Shown: piece after piece, positions 30,443-39,873 of the stretch
Numbering within the stretch: the stretch's first letter is position 1
How the letters are laid out: every line of letters starts with the position of its first letter
NCBI GenBank assembly: GCA_030429765.1
Contig: JAUIER010000004.1
Location: forward strand, 97,131 to 161,130
DNA: 64,000 nucleotides
From: a bacterium
Lineage (GTDB): Bacteria; Omnitrophota; Gorgyraeia; Zapsychrales; Zapsychraceae
Direction of reading: 5' to 3'
The notes under the pieces: model-generated
The model's database searches: none
Told to the model about the DNA's origin: nothing
Seen by the model: only the letters and a program-made list of their open reading frames with translations
Position numbers and translations under genes: made by a program

Positions 30443-32527
30443 TTATTCGGGCATTTCGACGAGTTTACGGATTTCAGGCAATTGGGCCCGGGTGGCGTCT
30501 TCGCCGGCCTTGATCAGATCATCAACCTTGTAAAGCTCAAACCAGTTGATGCCGACGAGGTCGGGATGGATAAGGACGTCCGCCTGCTGCGCGCTTTGCT
30601 CCGCGATGACATACTCGCAGGCCTGAAGCGTGCGGACAATAATGTCCGAAATATTGGGCGAGAGAATTCGATGAAAAAACCGTCCGATTCGAAACGTCAC
30701 ATACGAAATCGGCTTCTTCACAAAGGGGACTGACTCCTTCGCACGAATCTTGGATTCAATGATATCAACACCGGCCGTCACGTCTTCCGGTGACTGCAGC
30801 ACATTGACGGCAATGATTTTCTTAATCCCCCGGCTGGCCAGCACATTTGTCGGCAACGGATTAAGAACTCCCCCATCAATGATTTCCTGATTGTTTGTAC
30901 AGATCGGCTCGATAACACCGGGAATAGCGATACTTTGACGGATACCGTCAACCAGCGAACCTCCGTCGATCACAATCTCCTGCCGTCTCAAAATATCATA
31001 AGCCACCACCTTGAACGGAATCTTCGCGCTATAAAACGTTTTATTGCCCAGGTATTTTCGCAACCAGGCCTTGATCGCCCGGCCGCCGACCAATCCTTTG
31101 ACCGGAATAACCGGATCAAAAAGCTTCAGCATAAACAGCTTGTTTTCAAATTCGCGTGCCGCGCCTTCGAGCTCATCCACCGTCATACCGGACGTCCAAA
31201 AGCCTCCCACCAGAGCTCCCATACTGCTGCCAACGACGACATCAACCGGAATCCCTTCTTCTTCCAACACACGGATCACACCGACATGCGCCACGCCCAA
31301 GGCCGCGCCCCCGCCCAGCACCAGCCCCACCAGCACTCCGCCGATCTCCCGTGCCGTCCGCCTGACCGTCTTGGCGTATTGGGCCTGGTCATGACATGTC
31401 AAAAACGCGAAATTCTCGGTATTGATTTCCTGGGTGAGCTCATCCCGCTGAATCAGCGGTAAGGATGTGTAAACATAGAAATCGATAAACTTATTGATCT
31501 CTTCAAAGGACAGGTATATCTGCGGATGAAACGCCCGGATGATGACCTTGATCCGTTCTTCATTAAAATTTTCCTTCAGCGCCACTTCGAGCCGGTCGAT
31601 GACATTTCGAACCGACTTGAGATCGTCCTTGCGATCCGATGTGATCAGATGAACGATATCTGACTGCGTAAGCGTCTCTTCCACCAGCTCATCCATCTGA
31701 TTCGGTAAATCCACGACGACATAATGATACTCGCCGACCAGCGCGCTGACAAAATGGCTAATTTCATCCTTAAGCAGCTTCCCGTTCCCATGAAACGATA
31801 CATTCAGCACGTCAATCCCTGTCGCATCCTTGGATATACTTTGATAGATCCTGTCGTGGTCCTTGATGATTTCCGTCAAATCGCGCGGGGCTTTCTTCCA
31901 TCGCGGCGTCACTTCATTTTTGGGTATTCGTTCGATATCTTCAGGTTCAGATTCCAGGTTGACATAAACTACTTTCTTATTGGTCTCAAGCTGAAGACTC
32001 ATGGCCAGGTTAACGGAGTAACTGGAACTCCCCGTCCCTTTCAACGGACTATATACAGATATGATGGTACTCTCAAAAATGGTCTTTACGCCGTTGATGG
32101 CGCTGCGAACGCGCTTGGAGAGACTTTGATTGAGATCAATACTTAAGGCGGGGATTGTTTTGAGGATTTGATGAAAATCGTCCTTATCGATGCGCAGGAT
32201 AATGGAATCGTTGACCGCTTCGTACGTTAAGGTATGGTTCTCGCCGGTCAATAACGAAATGATCCCGAAATGCACACCCCGGTGAATAAAGTCGACGTTG
32301 TCTTTGTTGCCTTTCTTGTCGTAGGTATATGTGCGTAATCGACCGGATATCAAACAATAAAAATAGTCGGGCGGATCGCCGGCTCGACGGAGAATTTCGC
32401 CTTTTTTGATCTCCACCAATTCGGATTTCCGCGCGACTTTCTGCAGATCAAACCAGTTCAGATTACGGAATATCGGGATCTGTTTAACGATATTGAAACG
32501 GTTGATAAACGTATTGAGAATGCTCAT
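30443..32527 (-). CDS. cNMP-binding domain + degenerate MinD/ParA-like domain + patatin phospholipase (NTE/RssA-like)
   Basis: N-terminal cNMP fold (ISG.LR, FGIISLL); IISVYSPLKGTGSS..SVNLA and YVVVDLP; patatin motifs GGGAALG, GSSMG and DGG. Confidence 0.85.
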   Translation of the reverse strand: MSILNTFINRFNIVKQIPIFRNLNWFDLQKVARKSELVEIKKGEILRRAGDPPDYFYCLISGRLRTYTYDKKGNKDNVDFIHRGVHFGIISLLTGENHTLTYEAVNDSIILRIDKDDFHQILKTIPALSIDLNQSLSKRVRSAINGVKTIFESTIISVYSPLKGTGSSSYSVNLAMSLQLETNKKVVYVNLESEPEDIERIPKNEVTPRWKKAPRDLTEIIKDHDRIYQSISKDATGIDVLNVSFHGNGKLLKDEISHFVSALVGEYHYVVVDLPNQMDELVEETLTQSDIVHLITSDRKDDLKSVRNVIDRLEVALKENFNEERIKVIIRAFHPQIYLSFEEINKFIDFYVYTSLPLIQRDELTQEINTENFAFLTCHDQAQYAKTVRRTAREIGGVLVGLVLGGGAALGVAHVGVIRVLEEEGIPVDVVVGSSMGALVGGFWTSGMTVDELEGAAREFENKLFMLKLFDPVIPVKGLVGGRAIKAWLRKYLGNKTFYSAKIPFKVVAYDILRRQEIVIDGGSLVDGIRQSIAIPGVIEPICTNNQEIIDGGVLNPLPTNVLASRGIKKIIAVNVLQSPEDVTAGVDIIESKIRAKESVPFVKKPISYVTFRIGRFFHRILSPNISDIIVRTLQACEYVIAEQSAQQADVLIHPDLVGINWFELYKVDDLIKAGEDATRAQLPEIRKLVEMPE

Positions 32528-34383
32528 GCGGACTTGATAATCTCATCCTCCAGCCACTCAAACTCCCGGGCCAGAATTTTTTTGGACACGGACAAATGTT
32601 GGCGATCGTCGTTCGAACGCGACGAACGGAAAAATCCATCCACCTTGCGTCGAGCCATACGGCAGTACAAATCGGCGAGCTCCACCGCATTCGCTTTATC
32701 TTTGTTGGTTTTGATCAGATAATCCGCGTACGTGCAGGTGGCCGCGATAGCAAAGAGCTCAACCCCGATATCGACAACACGATTCAGAATAGCCTGTTTG
32801 GATTCAAGTTTTTTCTGGTACTTCATCATATTGTGGAACACCAATCGAGCGAGTTTTTTGGACGCGTTCGCGCAGTAACGCATATGGCCCGCCAGTTGCG
32901 GATCCAAATCACCGTAGCCTTTGAACGATGGAAACCACAGCGACGGATACCACGTGGCATAATAAGCCCCTAACCCGAGAAAGGTCTTTAACTTGCCACC
33001 CAGACTGGTCTTACTACTTAGTAACGGCAGTGCCTTGCTCAGATGCGGATCCAGGGCCTCGCGGGCGATAAACAAATGCATAATCTCGGATGTACCTTCA
33101 ATGATCAGATTGATGCGGACATCACGAAGCACCCGCTCGACCGGCCAAGCGTGCTGACCGCGGGCCTTGAGAGACTCCGCATTCTCATATCCCTGACCGC
33201 CGCGGATCTGCAATGTCTCGTCGGCAATCAACCAGCTATGATACGTACAGAAATATTTGGCAATCGCCGCTTCAAGACGGATATCCTTCTTTTTATCGTC
33301 TCCCATATGCGAACAAAGCCAGTTCATCGCCTCCATCGCGAACGTATGACTGGAGATATACCCCAACTTAAGTCCGATCGCCTCATGTTCACCGATCGGA
33401 TTCCCCCATTGCACACGTTCGGTAGACCATTCCCGGCAGACATATAAACACCACTTGGCAATACCAACCGATGCGGCCGGTAACGTCAAGCGGCCGGTAT
33501 TTAATGTCGTCAACGCCAATTTCAATCCTTCGCCTTCTCCGCCGATAATATTCTCGCGGGGCACTTTAACATCCTTAAACCGCAACAAGCCGTTCTGAAT
33601 CCCGTGTAATCCCATAAACTGACAGCGATGCACTTTTTCGATCCCCGGCGTGTCCATTTCCACAATAAACGCGGTAATCTGTTTTCGTTCACGTCCCTTG
33701 ATGATCTTCGGCGGTGTGACCGCCATAACAACTATCACGCCGGCAATCAATCCATTGGTACACCACAGCTTGTCCCCATTGATTAGAAAATGTTGACCGT
33801 CTTCCGTCGGTGTGGCGGTCGTGGTCATATTACGCGGATCACTTCCCGCATCCGGTTCGGTGAGAGCAAACGCGGACACAACCCCCTTGCCGAACATCGG
33901 AAGATATTTCTTTTTTTGTTCTTCGGTACCAAATACCTTAAGCGGCTGCGGCACACCGATGCTCTGATGAGCGGACAGCAACACGGCCGTCGACCCGCAA
34001 TAACTGGCAACCAGATGTATAGCCCGATTGTAATTGACCTGGCTCATCCCCAGCCCGCCGTACTCCTTGGGAACTTTGATGGCAAACGCGCCTAGCGATG
34101 ACAAGCCCTTGTAGATTTTTTCCGGGATAATTCCGGTACGATCAACCTCGTCAGCGTCGAGATTCTTCTCCAGAAAATCCTTGAGCTTGGCCACATATTC
34201 ATCCCCGATACGTCTATCTTCTTCGGATTGCGCGGGACATGGATAGATCAAATCCCAGTCTGTTTTTCCCTGAAATAGCTGCAGAGCAAAACTCGGATGA
34301 TTCCATTGCGTTTCGCGCTGATCCTCCGCAAACTCCAGCGACTCGCGCTTTTCCTTGCTGATATTCTTGTCATACATACTCAT
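32524..34383 (-). CDS. Long-chain acyl-CoA dehydrogenase (VLCAD/ACAD9-like)
   Basis: P.EYGGLG, SAHQSIG, FALTEPDAGSD, NG.KLWCTNG, LQIRGG.GY and I.EGTSEI motifs plus a VLCAD-like C-terminal extension. Confidence 0.92.
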   Translation of the reverse strand: MSMYDKNISKEKRESLEFAEDQRETQWNHPSFALQLFQGKTDWDLIYPCPAQSEEDRRIGDEYVAKLKDFLEKNLDADEVDRTGIIPEKIYKGLSSLGAFAIKVPKEYGGLGMSQVNYNRAIHLVASYCGSTAVLLSAHQSIGVPQPLKVFGTEEQKKKYLPMFGKGVVSAFALTEPDAGSDPRNMTTTATPTEDGQHFLINGDKLWCTNGLIAGVIVVMAVTPPKIIKGRERKQITAFIVEMDTPGIEKVHRCQFMGLHGIQNGLLRFKDVKVPRENIIGGEGEGLKLALTTLNTGRLTLPAASVGIAKWCLYVCREWSTERVQWGNPIGEHEAIGLKLGYISSHTFAMEAMNWLCSHMGDDKKKDIRLEAAIAKYFCTYHSWLIADETLQIRGGQGYENAESLKARGQHAWPVERVLRDVRINLIIEGTSEIMHLFIAREALDPHLSKALPLLSSKTSLGGKLKTFLGLGAYYATWYPSLWFPSFKGYGDLDPQLAGHMRYCANASKKLARLVFHNMMKYQKKLESKQAILNRVVDIGVELFAIAATCTYADYLIKTNKDKANAVELADLYCRMARRKVDGFFRSSRSNDDRQHLSVSKKILAREFEWLEDEIIKSA

Positions 34384-34467
34384 GGGAATCTCCTTTAAAA
34401 ACCACTAAATTGGCACCAGGTCTTAACCGAAACCTGGATTATTAATCCACAGGACGCTTCTCGACTC

Positions 34468-34755
34468 CTAAGCCGTAAGATATCGGTCGGCGATAATCTC
34501 AATCTCATCCAGCCCGACATGCGAATACCAAATATTGTCGGGAAATACCATCACATTGACGCCCATGCTGCATTGTCCCAGACATGTCGCCTGCGCCACA
34601 CGAACTCGCGGATGCAGGCCACGCTCCTTGGCTAACGTTCGCAACGCCCGAAAGACATCCAGCCCACGCTGATCGCCGCAGCTGGCTTTCTCACCACCGC
34701 AATCATTCGTGCACACAAAGATCTGCCGCTCATAGGGAATATCATTCTGTTTCAT
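34468..34755 (-). CDS. Thioredoxin-like [2Fe-2S] ferredoxin
   Basis: IFVCTN...SC and CLGQC..G....VFPD.IWY motifs. Confidence 0.85.
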   Translation of the reverse strand: MKQNDIPYERQIFVCTNDCGGEKASCGDQRGLDVFRALRTLAKERGLHPRVRVAQATCLGQCSMGVNVMVFPDNIWYSHVGLDEIEIIADRYLTA

Positions 34756-34773
34756 GTCATTTTTTGTTTTAGA

Positions 34774-35841
34774 TCATGCGGCCTTAGGTGTAAGCCACAC
34801 GAGTGTTTCCAGGTGTCGGGTCTTAGGGAAGAAATCGAAAGGAATCACTTGGTTAATTTTCCATCCGTGACTCAAAAACGCTGCTAGATCCCGGGCCAGG
34901 GCCTCAGGGTTACACGACAAATACAGCAGCTCTTGAAATACCTTTTGCTGCACAAAAAATGTCCGGGCATCGTCACTTAAACCGGCCCGCGGCGGATCGA
35001 TCATGGCCACGTTGTGAGCCGCTCCGGCCTGCGACAGCGCATCAAGATGATCCTCAACGCGACCATCAATCACCGCAAACTTGTCCGTGGCCAATTGACT
35101 TTTGTTGTACCGGGCCAGATCAACCGAGGCCTTACAGTTTTCAATCAAATACCCCTGCTGATACACATCCATCAGCGCCACACTGAACAGTCCGACCCCG
35201 CCGTACAGATCATAAAAATGTGTCTGCGCCGACCAAATCGGCAGCTGCCGGATGCGTTCAAACAAACGCGGCAAAATCGACAAGTTGGCCTGAAAAAACG
35301 TTTCCAACGCAAAATAAATCCGCCGGCCTTCAATCTCCGTCCAGAAATAATCACGCGAATCCATTCGCAAAGATCCTTTGCCAATGCCGCCCCACCGGAC
35401 TTGTCCGTCATCACCGCAACGCACAACCAGATTGGCCAACCTGTATTTCACAGGAAGAATATCAGCTGCCTCCTGCTTGAGGCGGGGAATGAACTCCGAG
35501 ACCGGGGTCATCGCGATCGGACATTCGTCAATCTCCACCACACCAAAACGGTCTCGTGGAGAAAAACCCACGTATATATTCTGATCCCGCGTCTTCAGTA
35601 AACGCAGATCTAACCGATGCCGGTAGTGATACTCACGCGGGGATGGAACAACTGGATCTACCACCGTATGATCAAATCCCGGAACACTTTTTAAAAGATC
35701 AATCAAATGACTAAACTTGTGTTCAAGCTCATCGTTGTACGGAACATGCTGATACACACATCCTCCGCATTGCTCATACACCGGACATAACGGCTTGACT
35801 TTGTTTTCGAGCTTACGCGCGTCATCCATGTCTGAACTCAT
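34774..35841 (-). CDS. RlmD/TrmA-family RNA m5U methyltransferase (no TRAM domain)
   Basis: CPVYEQCGGC Fe-S motif, FFQAN, DLYGGVG, DPPRAG, YLSCNP and DFFP.T.HLE motifs. Confidence 0.88.
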   Translation of the reverse strand: MSSDMDDARKLENKVKPLCPVYEQCGGCVYQHVPYNDELEHKFSHLIDLLKSVPGFDHTVVDPVVPSPREYHYRHRLDLRLLKTRDQNIYVGFSPRDRFGVVEIDECPIAMTPVSEFIPRLKQEAADILPVKYRLANLVVRCGDDGQVRWGGIGKGSLRMDSRDYFWTEIEGRRIYFALETFFQANLSILPRLFERIRQLPIWSAQTHFYDLYGGVGLFSVALMDVYQQGYLIENCKASVDLARYNKSQLATDKFAVIDGRVEDHLDALSQAGAAHNVAMIDPPRAGLSDDARTFFVQQKVFQELLYLSCNPEALARDLAAFLSHGWKINQVIPFDFFPKTRHLETLVWLTPKAA

Positions 35842-35845
35842 GTCT

Positions 35846-36397
35846 TTATAGCAGCGTAAACGATTTCATCATATTGTCCGCGACACTGTAGAACTTATCG
35901 AACTGCGCCGGCAATCCCGTGTAGGTCATTTGATAGGCTGTATTCCCATCAAGCGCCCAGATCATGTAGTAGCGAATCTCCGTATCTTCACCCTTACCGG
36001 TAAACAAGACCTTGTAAGCCGGCAATCCACCCAGCGTCGCGACATATGTTGATTCTTCGAGTTCAAAATTCTTCATAAACACAACTTCCATTTGATGGAT
36101 AGCCGTGTCTGAATATTCCTTCAAGCCCATTGGTGAACTCGAAATATCCTGAATCGTTACTGTCACATTTTCCTGAAACGTATCCAAATCTCCGTCGAGC
36201 GGTGAAACAAACATCACCCGAACCCCTCGAAAATTACGCTTCACCTTCCAGCCCGCCGGATGGTTCACGGTGAAAATTTTATCCTTGTCCGTATAGGTTA
36301 CAATTCGGTTAACGTCGTATCGCAGATACAGTCCGACCGCGATAAGTACAACCCCGATAAGCGCCGTTAACGCCCAGTTTCTAGTTGATCGTTTCAT
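35846..36397 (-). CDS. PsbP/DcrB-like membrane-anchored protein
   Basis: N-terminal TM; F.V.HP.GW, FQENVTV, TLGG.PAY and F...ADNMMKSF patterns of the Mog1p/PsbP fold. Confidence 0.6.
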   Translation of the reverse strand: MKRSTRNWALTALIGVVLIAVGLYLRYDVNRIVTYTDKDKIFTVNHPAGWKVKRNFRGVRVMFVSPLDGDLDTFQENVTVTIQDISSSPMGLKEYSDTAIHQMEVVFMKNFELEESTYVATLGGLPAYKVLFTGKGEDTEIRYYMIWALDGNTAYQMTYTGLPAQFDKFYSVADNMMKSFTLL

Positions 36398-36400
36398 TGT

Positions 36401-38533
36401 CTAACCCTTGTTGTAGAATCCATGACCTTGTTCTTTGATTTTGATCAGGTATTCACACGGCTCAAACCGGTCCGATGAATACTGTTTTTTAAATTTTTGA
36501 AGCTGCTCAATGATATGCTTAATGCCAACCTTGTCCGCGTACTTGAGCAGTCCTCCTCTGAACGGCGGAAATCCGGTTCCAAAAATCATTCCGACATCAA
36601 TGGCCTGCGGTTCATCAACGATTCCCTCTCCCAGACAGCGCGCGGCCTCGTTCACCATCAGATATATCATCCGGTTTTCCATCGTATGATTTTCAATCTC
36701 GGAAAAGCCGCGCCCCTGAAGTATCTGATCCACTTCAGGGTTGCTGTCCCGTCGCTGACCATGCGTATAAAATCCCTTACCGGATTTCTTACCCAACCGT
36801 CCCTTTTCCAAAAGTTTGTCAAATAATTCCACCGGCTTAAAGCGATCACCGAAGCTATCTTCCAAAATTCGCATCACTTTTAGACCGACATCCAATCCAA
36901 CCTCGTCGGACAACAGAAACGGCCCCATCGGCAGGCCAAAATCTGTGGCCACCTTGTCGATACGCTCCATGTCGCCCACTTCTTCCAACAGCCGTCCCGC
37001 TTCGGCCATATAAATCAGCAAAATACGGTTCACGATGAATCCACTGGAGTCCTTAACGACAATCGGTGTTTTACCCAGTCGCTTGACCAGGGCCAGCGCG
37101 GACACGATCGTCTCGGTCGACGTCTGCGGTGCGGTAATCACCTCCACCAATGGCATGCGGTGAACCGGATTAAAAAAATGAAATCCGATCACCCTCGAGG
37201 GATTCTTGGTCACCGATGCCATCTCTGAGACAGACAGCGCGGAGGTATTGGTCGCCAGAATCGTATCTTCAGCCACGACATCGCCCAATTCCTTAAACAC
37301 CTTTTGTTTGACTTCCATCTTTTCAACCACGGCCTCAATGACAAAATCCGTCTGAGCAAATCCGCTATAGTCAATCGTTCCGGTAATATGAGCCATCTTT
37401 TCATGGGCCTGGGCGGCATTAAGCTTGCGAATCTTCACCGCCTTTTCAAATACTTTACTAGCCGCTTTGTATCCCTGTGCAATCGCCTCATAATTGATAT
37501 CTTTCAGCCGGACGCGAATATCCTTGGCCGCCATCAATTGAGCGATGCCACCCCCCATAATTCCAGCACCGAGCACACCGCAGCGCTGCACTGTCCTGGG
37601 TTCAATCCCTTCGGCCCCGTCGACGGATAACTTTTTATACTTCTCCATCAAGTAGAAGACATGAACGAGATTTTTCGAAATCTCCGTTACAGCCAGCTGA
37701 CCGAATGTTTCAGCTTCGAGGGCAAGCCCCTCGGTTCGGCTCATGTAATAGTTCTTGGAAACAACATCAACCGCCCGTTCCGGTGCCGGATAAAACCCTT
37801 TGGACTTCTCCAGAACACTCTTCAACGATTTTTTGAAGATCACGGAGTGCCCCCAGCGGTTTGACTCCAGCAATCCAATGATACCCGTTTTTTTAATCCG
37901 CGGATACTTTTTCTTTTTGGAACGTTTCAATACCTCGGACTTAAGGAACTCATCCAGATGATCATCCAGTCCCGCGTTGGGCAGCAGTCGATCGACCAGA
38001 CCGATACGTAACGCCTTTTTGGAATCCACCGGTTTACCCGATAAAATCATTTTCAGCGACTCGGAAAGCCCGACCAAACGCGGCAATCGAAACGTTCCTC
38101 CAAATCCCGGGACAAATCCCAAATTCACTTCGGGCAGACCGATGCGAACGCGCGGATTAAACGTAGCAACCCGATAAAGACACGCTAACGCGAGCTCACA
38201 CCCGCCGCCGAGGGCCACCCCGTCGATCAATGCCACCGTCGGAATCTTAAGATCCTCGATCTTATTCAGAATATCCTGACCTGCCTTGGCTTTTTTAACG
38301 CCGTCGTCAGGCTCGACAATCTTCTCGATCTCCGAGATATCCGCGCCGGCCACGAAGACATTCGGCTTCAAACTGCGGATCACCAAGGCCTTGATCGTTT
38401 TATTCGCGGGAATGCCGGAAACAATACCATCCAGCTGCTGAATGGTATCCATCGACAGAATGTTGACTTTGGAATCCGGCTGATCGAATTCGATATAGCC
38501 GATTTTATCTTGTTCGCTGAATTTCACTGACAT
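36401..38533 (-). CDS. fadJ: Fatty-acid oxidation complex alpha subunit (enoyl-CoA hydratase / 3-hydroxyacyl-CoA dehydrogenase), FadJ/FadB
   Basis: FVAGADI, LGGGCELALAC, GLPEV.LG, VLGAGIMGGGIA, EAVVE, TNTSAL, HFFNPVHRMPLVE and GFPPFRGG motifs. Confidence 0.9.
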   Translation of the reverse strand: MSVKFSEQDKIGYIEFDQPDSKVNILSMDTIQQLDGIVSGIPANKTIKALVIRSLKPNVFVAGADISEIEKIVEPDDGVKKAKAGQDILNKIEDLKIPTVALIDGVALGGGCELALACLYRVATFNPRVRIGLPEVNLGFVPGFGGTFRLPRLVGLSESLKMILSGKPVDSKKALRIGLVDRLLPNAGLDDHLDEFLKSEVLKRSKKKKYPRIKKTGIIGLLESNRWGHSVIFKKSLKSVLEKSKGFYPAPERAVDVVSKNYYMSRTEGLALEAETFGQLAVTEISKNLVHVFYLMEKYKKLSVDGAEGIEPRTVQRCGVLGAGIMGGGIAQLMAAKDIRVRLKDINYEAIAQGYKAASKVFEKAVKIRKLNAAQAHEKMAHITGTIDYSGFAQTDFVIEAVVEKMEVKQKVFKELGDVVAEDTILATNTSALSVSEMASVTKNPSRVIGFHFFNPVHRMPLVEVITAPQTSTETIVSALALVKRLGKTPIVVKDSSGFIVNRILLIYMAEAGRLLEEVGDMERIDKVATDFGLPMGPFLLSDEVGLDVGLKVMRILEDSFGDRFKPVELFDKLLEKGRLGKKSGKGFYTHGQRRDSNPEVDQILQGRGFSEIENHTMENRMIYLMVNEAARCLGEGIVDEPQAIDVGMIFGTGFPPFRGGLLKYADKVGIKHIIEQLQKFKKQYSSDRFEPCEYLIKIKEQGHGFYNKG

Positions 38534-38554
38534 AATTTTTTCCCGTGCTGATCA

Positions 38555-39832
38555 CTATCTTTCCAGAACAACGGCCGCTCCCTGACCGCCCCCGATACAC
38601 AATGAAACCAATCCATACTTGAGATCATTCCGCTGCATGTGTTTGAGCATCGTCAGGATCAGGCGTGACCCCGTCGTCCCGACCGGATGACCCAACGCAA
38701 TGGCCGCACCGTTGACATTGAGGATATCCCGCGGAATCTCGCCGGTAAACCCTTCATAACCAAACTTGCGGGTAAAGTCTTCAGATTCCAGACACCGCAA
38801 ACAGGCTAATACCTGCGCGGCAAAGGCCTCATTGATCTCCACCGCCTGCATGTCGGATAGCTTGAGTCCGGCTTTTTTAAGAACCATAGGAATGGCGTGA
38901 GCCGGACCGATACCCATCCGATCAGGTTCCACCCCGGCAAAGGCGAATGCCTTAACATAGCCCAACGGCTCCCGTCCTAGTTCTTGACATTTTTCTTCGG
39001 TCCCCATCACCATCATACAGGCCCCATCGGTGATCTGACTGGCATTACCGGCTGTTACCGTCCCGGCATGCCGATCGAATACCGGCCGCAGTTTCGCCAG
39101 CGCCTTGATCGTCTGATTCTCCCGGGGACCGTTATCATCCATCACCGTGGTTTTGTAAGCTGGCCCCGGGGTAACTGGCACTATTTCTTCCCGTAAGATT
39201 TCCCGCGCGGCAATTGCCCGCTGATGACTGAGCAGCGCAAATTCATCCTGCTCCTGGCGGGTGATTCCAAATTCCTTGGCCAGCACTTCGGCTGTCTGCC
39301 CCATATTTAATCCGCATACCGGATCACTCAATCCCTTCATCAAACCCACCACCGGATTGAAGAGCAGCTTCGGCCGGATCTTCCCCAATGCCTTGAGTTT
39401 GGCCGTAATCGTCTTCGCCTTGGACAGTTCAACAAAAATATTCTGCATCTTTTTGGGATAGTACATCGGAATGTTACTCATCGATTCCGTGCCGCCGACA
39501 AAATACAATTGCCCTTCGCCGGCCCTTATCTTCATCACCGCCTGTACCGCCGACTCAATACCCGAGGCACAATTTCGATGCACCGTATACGCGGGAATGC
39601 TCTGCGGAATTCCAGCCAATAATGCAACGACCCGGGCGATATTGGCCGCCTCGGCCGGCTGGCCGACACAACCGATAATGACCTCATCCAGCAGCGACGG
39701 ATCAATCGCGGAACGCTCGATTAATTCCCGCGCGCAGATACGTCCCAACTCCTGGGCGGACAAACTGTCAAAATCCGTTCCATACTTAACAAACGGGGTT
39801 CGAATTCCGTCGATGACGGCGATACGGCTCAT
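38555..39832 (-). CDS. fadI: Acetyl-CoA C-acyltransferase (thiolase), FadI/FadA
   Basis: RTPF, NCASG, TAGNAS, EINEAFAAQ, GHPVG.TG and CIGGGQG motifs. Confidence 0.9.
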   Translation of the reverse strand: MSRIAVIDGIRTPFVKYGTDFDSLSAQELGRICARELIERSAIDPSLLDEVIIGCVGQPAEAANIARVVALLAGIPQSIPAYTVHRNCASGIESAVQAVMKIRAGEGQLYFVGGTESMSNIPMYYPKKMQNIFVELSKAKTITAKLKALGKIRPKLLFNPVVGLMKGLSDPVCGLNMGQTAEVLAKEFGITRQEQDEFALLSHQRAIAAREILREEIVPVTPGPAYKTTVMDDNGPRENQTIKALAKLRPVFDRHAGTVTAGNASQITDGACMMVMGTEEKCQELGREPLGYVKAFAFAGVEPDRMGIGPAHAIPMVLKKAGLKLSDMQAVEINEAFAAQVLACLRCLESEDFTRKFGYEGFTGEIPRDILNVNGAAIALGHPVGTTGSRLILTMLKHMQRNDLKYGLVSLCIGGGQGAAVVLER

Positions 39833-39873
39833 ACAATATCCTATCTATCGGTTTAATTTGTTTCAAATTTACA

